Of a DNA stretch of 64,000 nucleotides, positions 34,152 through 40,993 are shown piece by piece (within the stretch, counting starts at the first letter, position 1; every line of letters begins with the position of its first letter). A model generated the notes under the pieces. The model did no database searches, was not told the DNA's origin, and saw only the letters and a list, made by a program, of their open reading frames with translations. The stretch lies in NCBI GenBank assembly GCA_000092065.1, contig CP000582.1. One strand, written 5' to 3'. The position numbers and the translations under genes were made by a program. The DNA is from Ostreococcus lucimarinus. Lineage: Eukaryota.

Positions 34152-35066
34152 TTAGCCAAACAGCACATTCAACGGATCAACTCTAGGAACAATCGACGTA
34201 ACCTGAGCATATTTATGTTCAGAATACTTTTCATGAATTGCTTGAAACTGATCTGGCTCATAAGCCATCATATCGGCATGAAGGATGTCGATGCACTGTC
34301 GCAATTTTGGTGTGTCTAAATCTACCAAGAACGGTATAATTTGTGGCTTTTCTCTACACAAGTAAAATTCTGCAAGGACAGTAGCTGCGGCGGCAATAAC
34401 CGCGGGAGGAAATTGCAGAAAAACACTTCGCATCAGCGTTACTTCAGACAAAAATGATGCCAAATGTGAGCACAACTGATCCGCTTTGATTTTCGATAGA
34501 TAAATTGTGAGAAATGTTTTCGTCGTCGTCAGCGTGACAGAGAAATCCAAACATTTTAATATGATTCGTTCCATCTCGATAATCTGAGATCGATCGTACG
34601 AGTTATCTGTTATAAAGCACAACTCTTCGATCTGTGGTGCATAGATTTCCTCATATTTTGCGGCTATGAATACGCATGTTATCCCCAACAACTGAAGTTT
34701 TGAACGACTTATTGGTAGCTGTTGCAAACACATATCCGTGTACGCCACGCTTAAAAATAGTGTTTCGGGTACGAGCTTATACTCTTCTGCAACTTCTATC
34801 ATCCAATCGACTAAAATACGTCTCATACTCATACTGATATCTGGGGAAGAAAGCCCAAGTTTGCTGGGAGGTTCCCGCTGCGACTTCAGAAGGTTGATGT
34901 AAATATCGTCTACAGTTGAGAACTTGTTAGACATTCTAACGTTATTCCCAGTCAGAGATGCCGCGGATACATCTTTGGCGTATCCCTGGCTCGCGCTCTT
35001 GTGAACCTGGTCTTCGGACGCAGAAGTTGATGGTGCTGAACCTGCTAATTTTGAGCTCTCTTTCAA
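34152..35066 (-). CDS. A/B-type cyclin (cyclin box plus C-terminal fold). The 5' end is probably incomplete; one or more upstream exons are expected.
   Basis: The ORF has the cyclin-box signature MRRILVDWMIEVAEEYKLVPETLFLSVAYTDMCL...LQLLGITCVFIAAKYEEIYAPQIEEL. The track start at 35066 is a TTG, not ATG, and no destruction box is seen. The initiator Met therefore probably lies in an unmodelled upstream exon. Confidence 0.75.
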   Translation of the reverse strand: MKESSKLAGSAPSTSASEDQVHKSASQGYAKDVSAASLTGNNVRMSNKFSTVDDIYINLLKSQREPPSKLGLSSPDISMSMRRILVDWMIEVAEEYKLVPETLFLSVAYTDMCLQQLPISRSKLQLLGITCVFIAAKYEEIYAPQIEELCFITDNSYDRSQIIEMERIILKCLDFSVTLTTTKTFLTIYLSKIKADQLCSHLASFLSEVTLMRSVFLQFPPAVIAAAATVLAEFYLCREKPQIIPFLVDLDTPKLRQCIDILHADMMAYEPDQFQAIHEKYSEHKYAQVTSIVPRVDPLNVLFG

Positions 35067-35519
35067 AAGAAAGCGGTTTGTGCTCGAGTTCGTGACATCG
35101 CGTAGTATTGTCAGGTGTCCCTAATTGAGAGCAAAACATGAGAAGATGCGGTTTTGCGTTGTTTTAACATCCGTACCGATTCGTCCACTACACCAGGAAC
35201 CATGTCGCGCCACGAGACTCCGTTTTTTTGAATTTGCCGACTTTCACTGCGACTGGCGAACGGTAGAGGGACCGCAGAGCGACGAAGGAGCGACGAAGGA
35301 GCGATCGTAGATCGTAGATTGCGTCCTCTGCAAGACCGCAAATGTCTTAAGGAATCGAGCTTGTGTAACGTGTTGCGATGTGAGTCGTCTGCGATTTTGA
35401 ACGGCGGGGTTCGTTTCGTTCCCAGCACGGAAAAATTTATATATCGCCCCTTTAGAGAGTACCTACACACATGACGAGTCATGAACCGTGGATATATACG
35501 TATTTTACACCGTTTAGTT

Positions 35520-36086
35520 CTAAAAGTTTGATTCTACAACATCTACGAGGTACTTACTAATGCTAATTTGCTCGCCTTTGCTTGCCTTGCGTTTGTGTTC
35601 ATCGACCATCTTCTCGTGCCAGCCCCTCTTCCTGCTCAACGCCGTATCACCCGCCGCGCCTCTCATAGGAATCGCAACCAGGTTCGACATACCGAGCACA
35701 CCATCGCCGTCCATTTTGCTATTCTTGGACATGTTTTGAGACATCTCTCTGTGTGTCTTCAAGTTGTGCATGAAACGTTGAAGTTTGTCGAGCGCGTCTG
35801 TGATGTGTGCGGCTTCATCAGGCTCGAACGTAAACTCCGGATCGAGTGCGAGTTGTATCATCTCGGTACACGATTGAACCCAGCGTGACTTTACACTCAC
35901 GTTGTCGAAAGCTGCTCCAAGGCTTCTCCGATGAGTTGGTAGAGAGGCTTCAACATTATCTGGAATCGCTGGAGTCACGTGTCTCCTGGAATCGCTGGAG
36001 TCACGTGTCTCCTGGAGCCCGGACGATACGTGAAGAGCATCACCGAACGGATCGTCGAAGGGATCATCGTCGCACTCGTCTTCCAT
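35520..36086 (-). CDS. Hypothetical acidic 188-aa protein encoded inside the TIR element. No recognisable domain.
   Basis: The ORF exactly fills the space between the two TIRs. Its reading frame passes through a 26-bp tandem duplication (35960..36011), which is read in two different frames (ETRDSSDS | RRHVTPAIP). The ORF is therefore either recently frameshifted or fortuitous. Confidence 0.3.
   Translation of the reverse strand: MEDECDDDPFDDPFGDALHVSSGLQETRDSSDSRRHVTPAIPDNVEASLPTHRRSLGAAFDNVSVKSRWVQSCTEMIQLALDPEFTFEPDEAAHITDALDKLQRFMHNLKTHREMSQNMSKNSKMDGDGVLGMSNLVAIPMRGAAGDTALSRKRGWHEKMVDEHKRKASKGEQISISKYLVDVVESNF
35960..36019. repeat. 26-bp direct tandem duplication (ctggaatcgctggagtcacgtgtctc x2 plus a partial third copy)
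   Basis: Two perfect copies at 35960..35985 and 35986..36011 are followed by ctggagcc. The unit length is not a multiple of three, so the duplication shifts the frame of the enclosing ORF. Confidence 0.8.
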
Positions 36087-36445
36087 CCGACCATCGCCCG
36101 CACGCGCGACGACAACTGGCGCGACAGGCGTGGAAAAGACACGAGGCGAACGTGTTTTTCACCAAGGTAGGAATACTCTATTGTAGATGGCACTAAACGG
36201 TGTAAAATACGTATATATCCACGGTTCATGACTCGTCATGTGTGTAGGTACTCTCTAAAGGGGCGATATAAATTTTTCCCCCCGAACGCGTTTTTTGAAC
36301 GCGCCGGGGTTTAGCGAAACGCGATGGCGCAACCGTCGCGTTCGCGCGCCCGCCAGTGCGCGGTGCGGCCGCGGCCGCCCGCGGGTGCGCGTGAGTAGTT
36401 CGAGGTGATTCCGACGCGTCGCGTCCGCACGTCGTCGCGCGCCGA

Positions 36446-38239
36446 ATGCCTCGCACGTGCGTGTGCACGAACCCGAACTGCGACAAAGATGTCGAGCGAT
36501 TCGCGTTCCAACTCGGCAAGCACTGGAAAGACGACGTGCTCAAATCGATTCTATCGAGTCTCAGACCCGGAGCGGATGCTGATGACGTAGAAAAATACTT
36601 TTTGCGCGCGATGACGAAGCCCGATGGTGTTCGAGTGTCCTCGCAGCACTTCTTCTGGTACCATTTAGCATGGTCTCGAGGAGACCGCCCGAAGCTGGTC
36701 TTCAAAGATGGCGCGCACGTCCGGCCGACGTACATGCTCCATTCGAATCGGCCGACGTACGCGGGCGAACGAATCGTCGATCCGGCTCGTGTAGAATGTT
36801 TATCACCGCGCGAGACGCGTCTGCGCGTGAAGGCGCCGGCACGGGCGCCCCTTTCAGAGATTTCAAATTTGAATGAGGACGACGTGCATGCGACACAAGC
36901 TGGTGTCAGAGTTGGGATTAAACGGCGACGATCTGCTCCTGCGGCAATTTGCTCGCACAATCGCGCGCAAAACATGTCTTTGAACTCGTTTGAACGGGGA
37001 AGGCCGGGGGAAGAGACGTGCCGCGTGCAAGAAGGGACTATCCACAAGTTACGCTGTGATGAGTTGAAGTTGAGCGAGGCGCTGCGGGAAGAGCGTCAGC
37101 ACGCAGACGACGCGCGCGAGGACGTTCGTTTGCTCACGGAAGAACTTGAACGTATTCAAGAAGAAATGCACGACCAGGATCGAAAATCCTCGTTCGTAAC
37201 TATGCGATACTTGCGGGCGACGAGAGCTAGTGATAAGCAAATCAAAGCGCTTACTGGGTGGCCAACTTTGAAAACATTCGATGCTTTGTGGCGTTTCGTC
37301 AACGCGGGCGACCGCAATGCGACGCAAAACTTGTCGATTGTCAAACGAAAATGGAGGGGCGATTCGACGAGCGCGACGGGTTCGCATGGAACGGTCGTTC
37401 CGCGGAAAAAGAGCTTCAAATGGGAAGATGTATTTTTGGCGTGGTGGATGAGAGCGAAGATGGACTTGACCGCGGATCAACTTGCATACTTCGTCGGAAT
37501 ACACAAATCGACGCTTACACGTGCGCTACATCAAATGACATCATTTTTAACGGTTTTTATACGTGCTTACGGTGGCGACCCGATCGATCCCGAATGGATC
37601 CAGATGACAACAGGGGAGGATTGGAAAGAAGCATACGGGCAGAAACCTTATGAGATTATCGACGTGACTGAAGTGCCCATGGAGACTCCAGATGACCCAT
37701 ATATGCAGCGTTTGTTTTACAGTCATTATAAGAAGCGCTACGTGTGCAAATTTCTTGGCGCCTGTCACTCAAATTGTCTTGCCGCTTTCTGTTCAGTTGG
37801 GTTCCCTGGATCCATTTTTGACAATGAAATTTGCTTTGCTGGAAAGGATCATCCGATGCTTAATCATGCGGTACACCGAGCCAGCATCCGCCGGAGGACG
37901 TTCACAGACGAGAACGACGAAAATGTAGTCGTTCCCGAAACAATTGCAGCTGATCGTGGCTTTTGCGAAGGGTTGAATAGACAGTTTGAACGGGATGCGT
38001 TCAGGCTTGTGCACCCTGCGTTTTCAAGAGGCAAGAATGTGGCCTTCTCCAAGGAGGACATTCTCGACACCAGGGCGCAAGCATGTCGCCGAGTGCTAAT
38101 TGAAAATGCTTTCGGTCGCGTCAAGACGATTTGGAAGCGTATGCGCGGTCCAATAGCTATCTCCAAGCTGAAATCGGTGCATCAGGAGTGGCCAATAATA
38201 TTTTTCCTAGCGCTAGATTTACAAGCTTCGCTAAGGTAG
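36446..38239 (+). CDS. PIF/Harbinger-type DDE transposase (DDE_Tnp_4) with a long Cys-rich/coiled-coil N-terminal extension. GC about 60%.
   Basis: A 597-aa ORF, real ATG at 36446. The C-terminal half has an HTH plus the Harbinger catalytic triad context: YEIIDVTEVPMETP (D1), IAADRGFCEGL (D2), VLIENAFGRVKTIWKRM (E, the VENxFGxLK motif). The N-terminus has CVCTNPNCDKD and a charged coiled coil (ELKLSEALREERQHADDAREDVRLLTEELERIQEEM). It is strongly GC-enriched relative to flanking host genes. Confidence 0.75.
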   Translation: MPRTCVCTNPNCDKDVERFAFQLGKHWKDDVLKSILSSLRPGADADDVEKYFLRAMTKPDGVRVSSQHFFWYHLAWSRGDRPKLVFKDGAHVRPTYMLHSNRPTYAGERIVDPARVECLSPRETRLRVKAPARAPLSEISNLNEDDVHATQAGVRVGIKRRRSAPAAICSHNRAQNMSLNSFERGRPGEETCRVQEGTIHKLRCDELKLSEALREERQHADDAREDVRLLTEELERIQEEMHDQDRKSSFVTMRYLRATRASDKQIKALTGWPTLKTFDALWRFVNAGDRNATQNLSIVKRKWRGDSTSATGSHGTVVPRKKSFKWEDVFLAWWMRAKMDLTADQLAYFVGIHKSTLTRALHQMTSFLTVFIRAYGGDPIDPEWIQMTTGEDWKEAYGQKPYEIIDVTEVPMETPDDPYMQRLFYSHYKKRYVCKFLGACHSNCLAAFCSVGFPGSIFDNEICFAGKDHPMLNHAVHRASIRRRTFTDENDENVVVPETIAADRGFCEGLNRQFERDAFRLVHPAFSRGKNVAFSKEDILDTRAQACRRVLIENAFGRVKTIWKRMRGPIAISKLKSVHQEWPIIFFLALDLQASLR

Positions 38240-40336
38240 ATTCCGCGTCTCGCACGCGTCTGTAACCCTGTGTAAAGTACATTTGTGATTGTTCTCTTTT
38301 TCATATACGTCGAAATACTCCCTGAGAAGTGTTGATGGCTTGTTTCGCGACCACATCGCGCTTACATCAGGTGCAACTTCAGGGAGCTCCAAATCACCGT
38401 CACCGCGAGTGTCCACAGTGCATCGTCGCTTTGCGCGCCCAGCTTCGAATCGATTAAAGTCAATGTTGCTAAGAGGATTTTTGCGATTCATCGGATCCCC
38501 TTCGCCACTCGTGCCGAACCACTCACTTTCGAGCGACGTGCATGGATCAGCTGGTCGTTGCAACTTGGCAAAATACCAGAGCGCTGCGATGACATGGATG
38601 CACCCTCCGAAGTCTCCGCCCGCTCCCGCCTTGCACGCGCACGTCCCACGCTCGACACTGACGACATGGTCATGGACATGTTCATTCGTTTCTTCGTCGA
38701 TGCACCCATACTTGCATAACAAGCATACAGCGACGGCATAACGCTCTGCTTTGAGTGATGCCGGAATACCAACTCGGAACCACACGCGGAAGTGAGTTTG
38801 CATCCACGGATGCCCCACGTGCGCAAAACGAATCGGAAGGGGCGTCCGGGCGTGTATTCGTGCGTATCCTTGTCGATACGCTTTGGATCGAACCGGGTCG
38901 CCGTAAACGGACATCCCCGCGAGCCACGTCGTGATGATGTCCTCACCCATAAGCGGTGACGTCTCGCGGAAAAGCTCAACGTCAGTGCTCCACACTTCAG
39001 CATCCATTGGTGCGTCCAGATCGGGATCTAGCTCAGGGAATTGCGTCACCGGAAGATGAAAATGATGAACCAAATATGTATGAAGACTTTTCCCTTCTGG
39101 ATCCTGGACGTCGCCGTCGACGTCGATATCTAGCTCCTCGTACCGACGCTCAAGCTCCATCCTCTGTATGACCTCTGAGATGATGACATCTTTGTCCCGA
39201 ATATCCTGACATCCGCGGCGGCGATCGTTCCTACGCACGTTCAGCCAACGTATTAAATCCGATTTGGAGTTGTCCTCGACTCTCTTTTCCGGTAAAACGG
39301 CGCCTTTGATGAGATACTTGGGGATTCGTCTCGCCCGTGTTTCACCATGTCTAAAAAGGGCAGCCACTGCAACCAATTCAACGGGTTCGTGAGTATCCGC
39401 ATCGCGCAAACCTAAAGCGAATTCTTCGTTTTCTGAGTGATTTGCGTTGAATATGGTTGCGTCATTGAGCCAGCGTCTCTCTTTCGTCCGCATATCGTAC
39501 ACGATTGCTCGCTCAAAGCCCGCCAGGCTTTCCTCAAGTTTGAGAATTTGCGTGTCCTCATCACTCGCGTCGACGACGTCCTTCTTGACGAGGTATTTCA
39601 CAAAAGAGCGGATACTGAGAGTCTCTGCACTCTGTATGCACGCTACAATGGCTTTCAGAGCCGTTTGGGGTCCAAGTCCGGGAACTTTCCCCTCCCTGTA
39701 ATCACACCCGCTCGCCGCCGCCCACAAGCGCATGGCGGCGTCGCCGTGCATGCACATGAGCTCCGCAACTGTGTTCACCTCGTTCGTGTCTACCGGCATC
39801 CTCAGGTTGTTTCTGTTAAAAACGTTGCACTTTAACGTCGAAACGCTCCAAGACACCTTGTGGACGACCTTGGCGCACCCGAGCACCACTGCATCTGTGT
39901 CATCCGTCAACACGAAATCAACGAGACCACTCGACTCCATGTACTTCAACTGGTGATCTGATTCGTTTGGCGCCACGACGTACACGAATCCACGCTTCCG
40001 CACTTCATTCAGTATCCGAGGCAAATAACATCGTTCGAATTTTTCACCTATCGTACCTGCTCGCTTCGCGTGCGTCTCCTTCTTGTGTGCAGTCCTCGCA
40101 CCGTCGAAAACAAGGACTGGGAAGACACCTGCATTCACGAGCTTCGTAGCGCGCGAAATGACCGTTTCTACAGACGAATCCAGTTTATCCTGAACAGAAC
40201 CAGTTTTTCGCATCGCCCACCCCTGGTGTATCCAGATGTTTGCGTCTACCCCCGCTTTCGCGTTGGCGAACTCGCCGCCGATGGACGTGCGGACGACCGC
40301 ATCGTCGAACGCTTTCCACCCTGCGTCGACGCCCAT
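38231..40336 (-). CDS. XPG/FEN1-family structure-specific nuclease (XPG-N, XPG-I, H3TH) fused to a C-terminal SWIM-type zinc finger. GC-rich, convergent with and overlapping the transposase 3' end by 9 bp.
   Basis: Product is MGVDAGWKAF...AGVDANIWIHQ (XPG-N), VFDGARTAHKKETHAKR, VVAPNESDHQLKYMESSGLVDFVLTDDTDAVVLG (XPG-I with acidic catalytic residues), GCDYREGKVPGLGPQTALKAIV (helix-3-turn-helix), ... CLLCKYGCIDEETNEHVHDHVVSVERGTCACKAGAGGDFGGCIHVIAALW (a CxC-x9-CxH SWIM pattern). The ATG at 40336 gives the canonical MGV start of XPG-family proteins. The track start at 40354 is a TTG. Confidence 0.7.
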   Translation of the reverse strand: MGVDAGWKAFDDAVVRTSIGGEFANAKAGVDANIWIHQGWAMRKTGSVQDKLDSSVETVISRATKLVNAGVFPVLVFDGARTAHKKETHAKRAGTIGEKFERCYLPRILNEVRKRGFVYVVAPNESDHQLKYMESSGLVDFVLTDDTDAVVLGCAKVVHKVSWSVSTLKCNVFNRNNLRMPVDTNEVNTVAELMCMHGDAAMRLWAAASGCDYREGKVPGLGPQTALKAIVACIQSAETLSIRSFVKYLVKKDVVDASDEDTQILKLEESLAGFERAIVYDMRTKERRWLNDATIFNANHSENEEFALGLRDADTHEPVELVAVAALFRHGETRARRIPKYLIKGAVLPEKRVEDNSKSDLIRWLNVRRNDRRRGCQDIRDKDVIISEVIQRMELERRYEELDIDVDGDVQDPEGKSLHTYLVHHFHLPVTQFPELDPDLDAPMDAEVWSTDVELFRETSPLMGEDIITTWLAGMSVYGDPVRSKAYRQGYARIHARTPLPIRFAHVGHPWMQTHFRVWFRVGIPASLKAERYAVAVCLLCKYGCIDEETNEHVHDHVVSVERGTCACKAGAGGDFGGCIHVIAALWYFAKLQRPADPCTSLESEWFGTSGEGDPMNRKNPLSNIDFNRFEAGRAKRRCTVDTRGDGDLELPEVAPDVSAMWSRNKPSTLLREYFDVYEKENNHKCTLHRVTDACETRNLP

Positions 40337-40672
40337 ACGCACCAGAATTTGCAAACACGGCTACAACTCGATCAGAAATACATTTTGTCACCTGTTCATG
40401 TGCCTCCGCGATGCCCGACGCGCGTGCGCGCCACGACAGCAGCGTGAAAGTGACGGGGATGCGCGACGGGCCGAGCGAGTTCAAAAAAAGGACGAAAGGG
40501 CACCGGATTCGAGGTTTTCGTCGACAGTGGGTCATGACGAGTCACAAACGTTCGACTTAAATATGTAAAATGATAGGAAAACCTTAATGCAATGGGTCAT
40601 AATAGCTGAATATATATGGTTTCTCGTCGTAATGGACAAAAGTTGCTTTCATAAAAATAAGGATGTAGTTGT

Positions 40673-40789
40673 TACTGAGAGTGGGGTTCGAACCCACGCA
40701 GTCAATGACTACCAGAAATCTCACCAGTTTTTTCGGTGAAGCTTATTCGCACTTGAGTCTGGCCCCTTAGACCACTCGGGCATCCCAGC
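40673..40789 (-). tRNA. tRNA-Leu (anticodon CAA) with a 33-nt intron in the canonical position 37/38
   Basis: Minus-strand read is GCTGGGA-TG-CCC-GAGTGGTCTAAG-GGG-G-CCAGA-CTCAAG-[tgcgaataagcttcaccgaaaaaactggtgagat]-T-TCTGG-TAGTCATTGACTGC (long type-II variable arm) -GTGGG-TTCGAAC-CCCAC-TCTCAGT-A. The acceptor stem pairs with two G-U wobbles. D-loop GAGTGGTCTAAG is typical of Leu/Ser tRNAs. The T-loop is TTCGAAC. There is no encoded CCA. Confidence 0.85.
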
Positions 40790-40993
40790 ATGCGCAAAGT
40801 GTACAGCTCGCCGAACAAGTACTGTTGTCCCCCCCCATACTGCAGAAAAAAAGTATGGACTCTCATACATCCATGTGACTGACGCGCACGTTCTTACTCG
40901 TTCTTACTGAGTTCATCTTCGCAATGTATGGAGGCCGAAGAGTAATTATATTTTGTAGTTGAGCGCGGTTTTCTGTTCCATCAACGAATATCG

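Larger units (their letters stand above)
35430..36279. mobile_element. 850-bp element bounded by 88-bp terminal inverted repeats (foldback / non-autonomous DNA-transposon-like). TIR-L 35430..35518, TIR-R 36192..36279.
   Basis: The reverse complement of 36192..36279 (actaaacggtgtaaaatacgtatatatccacggttcatgactcgtcatgtgtgtaggtactctctaaaggggcgatataaatttttcc) matches 35430..35518 (ggaaaaatttatatatcgcccctttagagagtacctacacacatgacgagtcatgaaccgtggatatatacgtattttacaccgtttagt). The only difference is a 2-bp AT indel. The internal 673 bp carries one ORF (35520..36086). There is no clear target-site duplication. Confidence 0.6.
36290..40560. mobile_element. GC-rich (about 58-62%) transposable-element-derived island. 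It comprises a Harbinger-like transposase gene and a convergent XPG-SWIM nuclease gene, and is inserted immediately upstream of tRNA-Leu.
   Basis: There is an abrupt composition shift from about 45% GC host sequence at both edges. The left edge is at the TIR element ending 36279. The right edge is near 40540, after which the AT-rich tRNA upstream region begins. A 13-bp motif (tcatgacgagtca) present in both TIRs of the neighbouring 850-bp element recurs at about 40506..40521 near the right edge. The boundaries and single-element status are not proven. Confidence 0.45.

Noticed and set aside
36226-37504. Minus-strand ORFs 36226..37047 (273 aa) and 37049..37504 (151 aa) antisense to the transposase gene
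   Set aside because: They are Arg/Ala-rich low-complexity translations of GC-rich DNA, with no domain signal. The plus-strand frame carries clear Harbinger DDE motifs.
40681-40700. Plus-strand GTGGGGTTCGAACCCAC looked like a T-arm of a plus-strand tRNA
   Set aside because: No acceptor, D or anticodon arm could be built downstream on the plus strand. The same bases are the T-arm of a complete minus-strand tRNA-Leu(CAA) with intron.
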